A DNA stretch of 64,000 nucleotides, taken from assembly GCA_002269645.1 (NCBI GenBank), contig NIVC01001059.1, forward strand, positions 186,001 through 250,000, read 5' to 3'. Source of the stretch: Macrostomum lignano. Taxonomy: Eukaryota. How positions within the stretch are numbered: the first letter of the stretch is position 1; every line of letters begins with the position of its first letter. The notes below the pieces were generated by a model that saw nothing but the letters and a program-made list of their open reading frames with translations, did not search any database and had not been told where the DNA came from. Of this stretch, positions 40,530-51,655 are shown piece by piece. A program made the position numbers and the translations under genes.

Positions 40530-41987
40530 ATATTCTTAAGAAATACATTACTTATTGCAGCCAAGAAAACTAGCTTTGTATACTTAGCTAGTACACAAAG
40601 GCTTAAATATCTGTAATAAAGAAAGAAAAGATTTTATATATGTCTGGCATTCTTTTCTTTTTTGTTTAGTATTTTTTAAATCTAGTGTAGCTTGACCCTT
40701 GGCCACAATAAGTCAAACTGGTTTTCTGCTAGCATTAAGAATAAGATATAAAATAGTATTACTATTATAGATTTAGTATATTTAGATTGCATAAAAACCT
40801 TAAAAAACTTAGCTTTGTTTTTTGCTAGTGCTAGGCTTCTAAAAAGGTCTAATCTCAATATACAATTTGGAAAAATAAAATGTTATAGCATCCCTACTGT
40901 ATAAAAATGTTAGGGTCATTTTGGTGAAAAGTCATTTTGGTAAAAGATGTTTTGGCAAAAAGCTTTAGCAAATATTTATAGATGTTTTTGTTATGATCTT
41001 TGACTCAATTTCATTTACCTTTGACTATAATTTTAATAGTAGTTGAAACTTTAATATTCTAGCACTAATTTATTTTTTGTTTAGTAAACAATGATACTAT
41101 AAAATAGGTTAGACTGTTTATTTTATAAATAATACTATAGTTATAAAATTGTTATAACTAATATAATATAGTGAAAAGTGAAAAATCCTAAGAAGTAAAA
41201 AGTGAAAAGCACTAAAAATACAAAATGACACAAAGACTAGCCTTTAATTTAAGATAGGTGAATACTAAAATTTATATATAAAAACTGGTAGCTAAAAAGA
41301 AAATGATCCATTTCATTGGGTAATGGCTAGAGTTCCAACACTAGAACCCATTTTATAATGGCTATGGATCCAGCAGTCTTCTATAGGCAGTTATCTACTA
41401 ATGAAGTCTTTGAACATGTTTTGAATCTATCATTTTGTTGTGATCTTATCCTGAATAAAATCTTAATATTAACCACCTATTAAAAAGCAAAATGCTTCTG
41501 CTATATTATACGCCGGGGCTGTTGCCCCCAGGACCCCGGGTCCTGCACGTAATGGCGTGGTGAACTATCTGTGCAGTATGAGACTGGTATGGCCTTTATC
41601 CTAGCCAGCGATGCTCACACCTGCCTCCCCTGGCGGGCTGATAGCTCAAGAGACTCTGTCTCCTGATTTTCACCTTGCAAGGCACACTTCGAAGGGTACT
41701 CGTCCCGTGGGTGTTAAGGCAGGCCCCCTTGGGCCCTGCCGAGCTGATTTGTTGGCGCCGGGTCCTGGTGTGACCATAAACGCACCCTCTAATGTCCCAG
41801 TGTAACTCCGTGCTGATGGACGCTTGGCCAGGGAGTAGTCTGGTCGCTAACGGTTCCCCTTGCGCTTTTGGGTCCCCCCGCAGGGTGGTATTTTGCTTTT
41901 TGGGGGCCTGCCGCTTGGTTTGGGGTTGCGGCCTTGCAGCTCTTTGCCTGTGTTCTGCAGGAAGTCCCACCTTTTTACTTCCAGCCA

Positions 41988-43508
41988 ATGGCTTCTAACC
42001 GAAGTAACAAACCGGCTGTGGATGACACAGTGCCTCCGGCCTCGGCTGGGGCCGTGGACTCCTCGGCCATACCACCTGCTACCATCGGGGACGCCTCGGT
42101 GAGACCCATGGAGCCAACTCTGAGCGGTGCCTCCGAGAAGACACCTGCTACTCCAGCTGCTAAGAAACGCAGCACCACCTCTGGAGCTGCCCGCTGTCGA
42201 CTTAACAAGGTGAGGCGGGCCAAGGAGGGCGGAAGCCAAACCGGTGCCAGGGGCCAACGGCCCACGGCAGCGGAAGCTTCCCAGTCTGGGGCGGTGGCGG
42301 AAGAGGGCCTCGAGCCCACGGAAGCCCCTGCCCAGGATAGGGAGGCCGATGCAGCCGGGAGGGTGGACAGCCCACCTGAAGAAAGCTCCACTGACCCCCG
42401 GGCCTCCTACGCTGATGCGGCAAAGAGGCAACCGGCGGTTGTCATCCTGGGAAAGGACGCGCGCCTGTCTCCCGATCAGCTGAAGCAGGTGAGAAGTGCC
42501 GTTGATGGCCTCCTGTGGAAGCAAACTCTGAAGGGCACGCCTCTGAACATTCATTCGAATGCGACGAGGGACTCGTGCCTTCTCATTTGGCCCAGTGATG
42601 CTGACTCGGGTCGGCGGCTCCTTGAGCTGCTGCCCGAGCAGAGCTGGGACCTCAACCTAGCCTTCTGCAGAGAGGACGAGCGCCCCCGGACCAAGAGGCA
42701 TCGAATCTGGGTCCCGGCCAGGAGCGTTGTTACCTCTGCTGACGAGCTCCGGAAAGGACTGCTAGCAGTCAACCGGGAGCTTCCCGCCACGGGCCTAGTG
42801 GTGCATGACACCCTTAAGCGCACCGACGGCACTGGCTTCACAGCCATCCTGGGGCTGTCGGACGCCTGGATGAGGCGTTATCCACACGGCAGCTTCATCA
42901 ACGTCGGCCTTTGGAAGCTGCGCATCCGCTCCTACGAGGCCGACCCTCCCCGTGGCAGTGAGCAGGGCGGGCGGGATGCGGAGGCGGCCGGGGCCGAGGC
43001 GCAAGCCTCTGCTCAGACTGCCAAAGCAAACCGCCCTGCCCGGCAGCACGGCCGCGCGGGCAAAGCTGAGCGCGCTGCTGAGGGCGGAGGCGACCGACGC
43101 CCGGCGCGTAGCACCAAGCGGCGCGGCCTGTACCAGCGTGCAGCTGAGGCAGTCCGTACCGCCAAAATCTCCCAGCTGAGGCGAGAGGTCGCCGGGACGC
43201 CTAGGCGCACCAGTTCGTCCAGGGAGGGTGGGGACGTCCCAGCTGGGCCCAACCCCTCGGGGCAGGGCCGACTGGAGACGGACCCGCCTGCCCAGGCGGC
43301 TGGCTGCTCCAGGGCATTGGGCCAATCTGAGGCGGAGGACCCCATGGATGGTGGGCAAAGGGCGGCGAACGCTGCCTACTGCCTTCCGGCCAATCGGGGG
43401 CCTTTTGCTGAAGAAGAGCCCATGGACACCGGCGACCCCGACCCGAAGCCGGTGAGCGCCGAGGAGGAGGAGGAACTCCTGGCGGCTGCAACATCCGATC
43501 TGCAATGA
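41988..43508 (+). CDS. LINE ORF1, about 506 aa, resembling Loa-clade ORF1 (DUF4780-like core), no CCHC knuckle seen
   Basis: ATG at 41988 in the long open frame 41868-43508. Core SYADAAK...LSPDQLKQVR...RIWVP...LLAVNRELP. Confidence 0.7.
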   Translation: MASNRSNKPAVDDTVPPASAGAVDSSAIPPATIGDASVRPMEPTLSGASEKTPATPAAKKRSTTSGAARCRLNKVRRAKEGGSQTGARGQRPTAAEASQSGAVAEEGLEPTEAPAQDREADAAGRVDSPPEESSTDPRASYADAAKRQPAVVILGKDARLSPDQLKQVRSAVDGLLWKQTLKGTPLNIHSNATRDSCLLIWPSDADSGRRLLELLPEQSWDLNLAFCREDERPRTKRHRIWVPARSVVTSADELRKGLLAVNRELPATGLVVHDTLKRTDGTGFTAILGLSDAWMRRYPHGSFINVGLWKLRIRSYEADPPRGSEQGGRDAEAAGAEAQASAQTAKANRPARQHGRAGKAERAAEGGGDRRPARSTKRRGLYQRAAEAVRTAKISQLRREVAGTPRRTSSSREGGDVPAGPNPSGQGRLETDPPAQAAGCSRALGQSEAEDPMDGGQRAANAAYCLPANRGPFAEEEPMDTGDPDPKPVSAEEEEELLAAATSDLQ

Positions 43509-46500
43509 TGCCAACGACTACCTGGTGTCTGCAGATCAACACCCAGCACTGCATGGCGGCGTCGGTCAACCTGATGCGCACGGCAGAGCAACAGCTTCCG
43601 GGCCTGGTCTTCGTACAGGAGCCCTGGATGACTAAAGGTAAGCCAAATAATGTGCCATCTGGCTACCACTGTTTTTGCATGGCGGGCTCTCAGCCTCGCC
43701 CAAGATCTCTGGTCTTTGCTGCAAAAGCTTTTGAGGCATGGATGAGACCTGATCTCTCGACTGGGGACATCTGTGTTGTTCAAATCAATAACCTCATTCC
43801 CAATAAACCTGTGCTGGTAGCTTCTGCCTATTTCCCGGGCGATGCCCCAGTTGTCTGCGACGCGTTAGTCAACCTTACTGACTATGCTGCGTCCCATCGG
43901 TTTGAGCTGCTCATTGCAGGGGATGTGAACGCACACCACCTGCATTGGGGCAGCAAGAACATCAATAGCAGAGGCGAGGAGCTGCTGGCCTATGTCAGCA
44001 GCACTAACCTCAACTTCTGTAACGTGGGCAATGCACCAACGTTCAATAATGGGCGGTGGGCCGAAGTCATCGACACCACCATCGCCTCACCCGGACTGCT
44101 TTCCGCAGTTACGGGCTGGCGAGTGTGGGACGAGGACTCGCTCTCGGACCACCGCTTTATCCGCTTTTGCATTGGGCTGACCAAGCAAAAGCCTAAGGTC
44201 ACTTGGAGTCGGAACGTCAGAAACACCGATTGGGCCGCCTTTGGCTCGAAGCTGAGCCGCGGCCTTCAGGATCTTGACCCCCCCAGTGACCTCTCTGACT
44301 GCCAGGTGGTGGACGATCTCGCCTCCTCCCTGGGCGGGGCGATCACCACTGCCTTTGAAGCAGCCTGCCCCCTAAAGGCCTATAAAGGCAAGAAATCTGC
44401 TCCCTGGTGGAACCCAGAGCTCGGGGCCCTTCGGCGCCGAGCCAGGACCCTCCAAAGGCGAGCGCTCAAAACCAAAGACCCATCTGACAGAGAGGCCTAT
44501 ACCCGTGCGATCCACGAGTTTAAGGGCCAAGTCAGAAGGGCCAAGACGGCCAAGTGGCGCCAATATTGCGAAGGGCTTGAGGGCTCTCGCCCCGTAGCCC
44601 GCGTGGTTAAGGCACTCACTAATGACCGTTTTTCTAAACTCTCTGTTGTGAAGAGACCTGACGGCTCGGTCACAGAGAGTTCGGAAGAGACTCTAGAGCT
44701 CATGCTCAACAGTTTTTTCCCTAAATCTCCGACTCAGCAGGGCCCGCCCGACCACACAGTGGGAGGGCAAGGCCTAGCAAAGTCTATGATCACCAAAGAC
44801 CGCATTATTAGAGCGGCAAGGTCCTTTAACCCGTTCAAGGCGCCTGGGCCCGACGGCATCTACCCAGCGTTCTTGCACGAGGCGGTGAAAAACCACCGCT
44901 TCCTGGACCTGCTCTGTCGTCTCCTTCGAGCTTGTATGGAGCTGGGCTATGTACCAGTTGCATGGAGAGAGGCCCGGGTGGTCTTTATCCCCAAGCCTGG
45001 AAAGAGCGACTACCAATCGGTGAAGGCCTTCAGGCCTATCAGCCTCACTTCTTTCTGCCTCAAGCTCCTCGAAAGGTTGGTACTTGGTGCTTTGGCGCCT
45101 ACTTTCGGTCGAGCTGAAGCGCTTCCCACTCTCGCAGAACCAGCACGCCTTCCGCGCGGGCAGGTCAACCGAGAGTGCTCTCCATGTCATTGTTGACTTC
45201 CTGGAGAGGGCCGTTCTTGGCAGCGGCTTTGCCCTCTCGCTTTTCCTGGACATTGAGGGGGCCTTCGACAACGTCATCTTCGAGGCCTTTTGCAGAGCCC
45301 TGGAATCCAGGGCCACGCACCCTCACCTTGTCCGGTGGATCATGTTCATGATCCGAAACCGCACTGTTGTGGCCCACCTGAGCGGCAGCTCTCTTTCGGT
45401 GCCTGTCCTGAAAGGGGGCCCCCAGGGCGGCGTTCTCACCCCCGTTCTCTGGAACATGGTCATGGATGAGTTGCTTTGCAGTGATCTCCACGACCCCATT
45501 CTCAAGGTGGGCTATGCCGATGATGTGACCGCGATATGCGCGGGCCCCTCGGTTGATACCATCAGAGACCTTCTGCAGGGCTTTCTGGGACGAGCGGAGC
45601 GTTGGGCAGACCAATGTGGCCTTAGACTCTCAGAGTCGAAAACCACAGCAGTCATGTTTACCAACAAACTGCTCTGGACCATTAAGCCCCTCACCCTCTA
45701 TGGAAAGAATATTTCCATGGAGAAGCAGGTCCGCTGCCTGGGCCTCACTCTGGACCACAGGCTTAACTGGACTCCGCACATTCAAACTAAAGCCAAAAAA
45801 GCCCTGGCTGTACTGGCTCAGATCAGGCGCGCCGTGGGCACCACCTGGGGGCTCACCCCAGGAAGCTGTGGTGGATTTACACTGCCATCATCCGCCCCTC
45901 GATCAGTTACGCCAGCCTCGTGTGGGCTAGCGGCCTGAGCGTCAAGAGCAACCTCGACGCTCTCTACAAAATCCAGGGCAGAGCCTGCCGCATGACTATG
46001 GGCGCTCCACCCTCTACTCCTTTTGAAGGCATGAATGCCTTCCTCTGCGCCCCTCCTTTGGATATTTATATCAAAGGAGAGGCGGCGAAGAGCACCCGGC
46101 GTCTTCTGGATGCTGGGGTGGCCTTCAAGAAAGTGCGGGCCTTTAAGAAGCGGTCGCTTATCCCGCACTCTGACCTCTGCCTCAAGGCTCTCGAGGAGTG
46201 TGGCGGGCTCAACATCCTCACGGACTCGATCCCAGCCACCCTTCTCCTGAGCCAAAGGTATAAGGTCACCATTCAGCCTCGACACGAGGCGAGTGACAGC
46301 TGGAGCGACTCTGAAGTCCACTGTTACACTGACGGCTCTATGAGGCATGGTCTTTCAGGCTTCGGAGCTTGCGTCTTCTTCAAGGGAGAAGTGGTGTGGA
46401 GCTACTCCCAGCACACTGGGCTCAACTCCAGTGTTTTTCAGAGCGAGGTGCTTGCCATCAGCTCCTGCGCGGCAGAGCTGCGCCGAAGGCAGCTTAGCGG

Positions 46501-47215
46501 CCGGAAATTTATTTTTCACTCTGACAGCCAAGCAGCCCTTCGGGCCCTCTGCCGCAGCACCGCCAGCTCCAGGTCCGTCCTGGACTGCAACACCCAGCTC
46601 AACGGGCTTGCGCTAGGCAACCAGGTGGAGCTCAGATGGATCCCGGGCCACGCCGGCTTCCTCGGCAACGAGCGCGCTGACCTGCTGGCCAAGGCTGGCT
46701 CCGCCGGCGCGCTATTGGGGCCGGGCCCGGGTGCCCCCATCCCCGCCTCGGTGATCAATTCCCGCGTTAAGCGCTGGGCTGACTCCGAGCATCTCCGCAG
46801 GTGGCACGACACCCGGAATTGTAGGCAATCCCGTGCTGCCGTCCCCTGTCCCTCTCCTCTCCTGCGTAGAGCCCTCCTCAGGCTCAACCGCAGAGACCTC
46901 AGAGCAGTTAGCATGGCCCTCTCCGGGCATGGCTGCTTCTCTCGCCACCGCTTCCTTCAGGGCCAAGTACCCGAGGAGCGGTGCCCCTTCTGCCGCTCAG
47001 GCAGTGAAAACGCCGAGCATTTTATCTGCCACTGCCCGGTTTTCACCAGGGCCAGGCTTACTCACCTCGGGCCAAACCCGGTTCTCTCCGACGTTTGCAG
47101 GCCCGAGAGCATCCCACTGCTCGCCCGGTACCTCAGGGACACCGGACGAGCTGATTTCTTCCCCACCGTTGGTGAGGAGGACCGCGCTGCAGGCGAGACC
47201 GACGGGTCCCCCTGA
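43505..47215 (+). pseudogene. LINE ORF2 (endonuclease, reverse transcriptase, RNase H, Zn finger) with two frameshifts
   Basis: APE motifs QINTQH, VQEPW, IAGDVNAHH, SDHRFI. RT motifs KAPGPDG, FIPKPGK, FLDIEGAFD, PQGGVLTP, YADD. RNase H YTDGS...VFQSE...SDSQAAL...WIPGH...GNERADLLAK. C-terminal CPFC...HFICHC. Frame breaks at about 45077-45083 and about 45860. Confidence 0.9.
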
Positions 47216-47627
47216 GCGACACCACTTCAACGGAAGTCATTGGTCGCCAGGGGCTAGCGGAATGGGCGGTCTCCTCCGCCTCCTCGCTGCATCCGCCGGA
47301 CGCCCCCTGCAGCTAAGTCAAGTAAGTCAAGCTATATTATACCCATCAATTACAGTATTCGAATACTACTACCAAATCTATAGCCATTAAAAAATGGGTT
47401 CCAATTGGTTCCAATGGGTTCCAGAACTCTAGCCATTGCCATTTCATTGCACATGATTTTCCATTTGATTATTTAGTGCTTAAGTAGTCATATTCATAGT
47501 CAGTTATAAGAATATATGTTCATATAGCTACTTGCAATAGCCTTTAGGTACCCTTTTTACAATTGTTATAATATTAATATAGTTCTATTATACATTCTAC
47601 CATTCCAAAAAAGTGGTCAACTATGAG

Positions 47628-50600
47628 TAGGGATTGCAATCCTGGGATCCTGGGATCCCAAAATCCAAATCCTAGGCCAAATCCCAGAATTTCCAGTCCC
47701 AAGATTTGGGACTCAAAATCCCAGGACTAATTTAGTTATTATTTTTACAAAAGTGTTATAACATAAACATTTTTGGGCTTACAACAAGTTCATTATACTA
47801 TACTGTGCTAATTTCTGTCAATTGCTTCACATTGTGTGGCACCTTTTAAAACCCCCGCATCATAGATTAAAATTTGAAATATATTCCAATGTAAATTTTG
47901 AAATATGATTTGCTTCCTTACTACTAATTAGTACTTTTATACTTACTTACTTAAATACGTCACAAGATCATGCTGTTTTTCATCTACAAAAAAATCATTA
48001 TCTCTATATGTAACTATAGTAATTGTTGCCATAGGAAAGTAAAAGAATATTAGTGTAGCACCAAAGATTATAGTGCAGCATACAATAACTAGTTTCAATT
48101 AAGTTAAATAACCAATAAAAAGTAACCACAGATTAATAAATAAAATTAAATAAAGTCTTAGGAAGCTGAAGAGCTACATTAACCTGTTTATTTGAGAGAA
48201 AAAACAATATTAAATAAAACTTATTTCTATTACCGACAATTGGATAGATTGCACTTATACAGCAAGTACACATACATATACAATATAGCTTAAACACATA
48301 CATATAGCTCAAACACATACATATAGCTCAAACACATACTTATACACATGTATGTGAATAACTTTTTACAAGTAGCTCCTAGACAAGAAATAGCTGACAG
48401 ATATTTGATAACTTTAGGTAAAGGATTAAATTACTAAAGATAGTTATAAATTGAAGTGAGCAGTGAAATTTTTGCTAGCTTGACTTTTATGTCAACTGAG
48501 CTGACAGAGAGTTAGAACTTAGTTTGAGTTTGAATTTCAAATGACTGTCGTGACAGATACTTTTCACAGAGTGATTCTAGAACAAATACAAGAAAAACTT
48601 ATCTAATGATTATTAAGAACATAATAAAGTAAGAAGTTCATACAATTATTAGAGGGTCTAGCAGCAATGGCACATTCAATTTGTGCAATTTTGTTACCAC
48701 CCCTAGGGGTTCCTAGTCATTTTGTCATCTAGGTGTCTGGGGTGCTCACCTTAACTATAGTCATTTTGTTATCTTAATTAGCATGCATTACCTGAAGAGA
48801 GTCATTTTGTCATCCACCAATCATTAGTTCCAACTTCAAGTGAATTAATGTGGCAATCAAACATATTTACTTGGAATCCTAATGATCCCAGTCATTTTGT
48901 CATCTTGATTGATAAAACCTGTTGATTGATTGGTTCTGCTTGCTGCAGCTTATAGTTATTAAACAAAAAAATAGTTTATACTAACTTAATTCCCACACAG
49001 ATTGATTGGTTAATGATGAAGTATCCAACATAACTAAATATTTGGTCACTTTGTAATATTATTTTTCAAGCTACTTTGCTTCTGGTCACTTCATCATCCA
49101 ATATGGCAAAATGGAATATGACAATCTGACCAGTGACCCCCCTAGGCTGACTGGACATGCTCTGTCACAAGCCATTTTTGCAATGCAGCTTCTGCCTTTG
49201 ATGCAGCTGCTAGAATATCTTGCACCTTCCTTCAGTCTGCAGTCTACAGTCTGCTGCTATGTCACTAAATCCTCCTCCTACTGCTGTTGTTCTTCTTGTG
49301 CCTTCCTTTGAATCTCGTCATCAGTCTGTTGCTGCATCATTAAATCCTCCTCCTGCTACTGTTGTTCCTCTTGTACCTTCCTTTGAATCTCATTATCAGT
49401 CTGTTGCTGTATCACTAAATCCTCCTGCTACTGTACTTCCTCTTGTGCCTTCTTTGCTGCAGCTTCAATTGGGCGCTATTCCTTTATCTTCTTCTGCAGT
49501 CTCCTCATTGCCTGCTGTCATTGTTCTAGTTGAGCGCAATTAGCAGCTTTACTTTAGGCTTCAAAAGCTGCTGGCAATAGGTTTATTTGGTTCAACTGTG
49601 ACTGTATGTGGTGGCCAAATTTGCCTTCAGCCAAGTCTTAATAGTGAGCAGAGAGTTGAGCATTAACTCAGAAAGCTTGTTCTACTGCTTTGTTAAGTTG
49701 TTGGCTATTCACTTTAGAAACCAGAACTTCTCCGGATTCCACCTTTTGAGCTCCAAGTTTGAGGCATACAACCTAGTGACTTCAAGATGCAGCTCATTAG
49801 GCTCATTGACTGTGATGATGGTGCTCATATATTTGGTGACCATTGACACAGTTCACAGACACAGTCAAAGTTGAAGTCCTCTCCGAGTAGGTAGGCCTAG
49901 TCAGGGTTGACAAAGCAAAGAGCTTGGAAGATATGTTCTGCAGTGGCAGATATAATCTGCCTTTGCACTAACTAACAATAGAAATTGCAAATGCTTTTGT
50001 AAAATCAATTGTAGTAATCAATTTGCAACAGTCTATCAACAGTCTCATAGGTCTTGCTACCAATCACTAGACTTATATTATCCAACTGATTAGAGCATTC
50101 CTTGGCATAATATTAATTGGCAAGGTCTGACAGAGAGTTGGTCTCATTAACAACATCTTCTTAGACAAAGCATATCAGGATGCAGCCACAAAGGTTGTCC
50201 AATGACAATGAAACACGGTTGACTTAGTCTATTTAACTATAAAACTCATTTAGTATAGAATTGACAGCATTTTAAAGATAATAGTGCAATAGTGCAGCTG
50301 AAACAAAATAGTGCAGTAGTGCTAAAATAGTGCAGGTGTGGCAACTATGTCCATAACAATAAAAATGGAAGCAAAAATATGTTTAATGCCTATTTTGCCT
50401 TCAAATTTCAACCAAGAAGCTTAAGAATCTGTATTTTTCTGATTTTCTGATTCAATCCTAGGATTGGCCAAATTCTGAAATTGAATCCCAGGATCCCAGG
50501 ATTGCAAAAAAATGGGATACGCAATCCTAGGCAATCCTACACTTCCGTTCGGTAAATTATTTTCACATTTGAATTCGTACCACCGAGTCAAATGACGTCG

Positions 50601-51107
50601 ATTGGCAATGTGTCTATGGCCAAAAGTTTGAGCGAACAGAGTTTAAAGGGGTGCAAACTATTCTAAACTAAACTATAGTCTAAACCATAGACTATTTGGC
50701 TTCTGACTGAGCCATAGATATTTTTTCCGGTCAGAAGCACACTGGTCCCTGTACAAAAGGAATGGGCAACACGAACAGTATAAGAAACGTTCTTTTTCCT
50801 AGCCCCAGTCAGTTCAAACAGAGAAGCTAATCCATCTCCTTACTGGTCTAGCTTTTCAACAGTTTGTTTTATTGAGCTTCTCATATCTTCCTGTCTTCAT
50901 TGCCATGGCTGGGCGACCTGCAGCACCCGGGTTCATCATCCCATTAAACGAGGTTCGAAACACCGCCGAGCTACTCAATCTCAACATGTCGCTACGGGAT
51001 CTGCTCATCGTCACCCAGGACACGCTGTCTGCAATGCAGTGGTTTCAAATTCAAAATTCAAAGTGAAAATAATTTACCGAACGGAAGTGTAGGATTGCCC
51101 AATCCTA
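47628..51107. mobile_element. hAT-like decayed DNA element with an 8-bp TSD, interrupted at its right end by a Merlin copy
   Basis: TSD actatgag at 47620-47627 and 51108-51115. Left end tagggattgcaatcctgggatcctggga mirrors the right end ...tcccaggatcccaggattgc...gcaatccta. The interior at about 49550-50220 has faint minus-strand hAT-like remnants (FYKSICNFY...ALCFVNP; AVEQAF). Confidence 0.7.
50530..51099 (+). mobile_element. Non-autonomous Merlin element, 570 bp
   Basis: TIR ggcaatcctacacttccgttcggtaaattattttcac and its exact reverse complement. 8-bp TSD caatccta (50522-50529 and 51100-51107). ATG at 50905 begins MAGRPAAPGFIIP...SAMQWF, a transposase 5' end. Confidence 0.9.
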
Positions 51108-51125
51108 ACTATGAGTGTAATATGC

Positions 51126-51655
51126 GGCGATTTTCCTCTTTCGTTCGTTAAATTATTTTTTCGATTTGAATCGGTGCGTAGACGCGAAAAAGTGACGTGG
51201 CAGCATTTGAAATTGTGCCTATTGAAAAAATGATGTGGCAGTAGTGGAAAGGACATGGGGTTGCTGCTGACACATGTCTATGGCACTACTCACCTACTCG
51301 GTTCGTGGCGGAGTATAGGCAGCAGCTTGCACTCGCTCCTTGCTCCCCTTCCCACTCTCGCATGAGCTTTGACTTATCGCATTGAGTCTTCACTTGTTAA
51401 ATTTTATTAAATTTTACTCGAACTGCAACATGGCTGGGCGCCCAGCGGCACCTACATTCATCGTCCCTCCTGGACAACTGCGTCGTTACATGTCGTTTAC
51501 CATTACCGTTTGTCTTTAGTTAAACAACTCCATCCAACTTTCCGAGAAAAATTTAAGTCCCAGCATCCCATTACTGTCGTTTTCTGACATTACTCAGTAG
51601 TCACAACTTGTTTCTGTCGAAAAAATAATTTAACGAACGAAAGAGGAAAATCGCC
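51126..51655 (+). mobile_element. Non-autonomous Merlin element, 530 bp
   Basis: TIR ggcgattttcctctttcgttcgttaaattattttttcga and its exact reverse complement. 8-bp TSD taatatgc (51118-51125 and 51656-51663). ATG at 51430 begins MAGRPAAPTFIVP. Confidence 0.9.

Larger units (their letters stand above)
41512..47330 (+). mobile_element. Full-length non-LTR retrotransposon, Loa-like (ORF1 plus APE-RT-RNase H ORF2)
   Basis: 12-bp TSD gctatattatac (41500-41511 and 47331-47342). About 475-nt 5' UTR, ORF1, ORF2, and a 3' tail (taagtcaag)x2. Confidence 0.93.

Noticed and set aside
41512-41720. HDV-like or hammerhead ribozyme in the LINE 5' UTR (gcc-tcccct-ggc resembles P3/L3)
   Set aside because: I could not build a consistent P1 or a J4/2 C-x-A before the candidate P2 partner, and no CUGANGA/GAAA core is present. 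Only simple hairpins are evident. An Infernal or RNArobo search would settle it.
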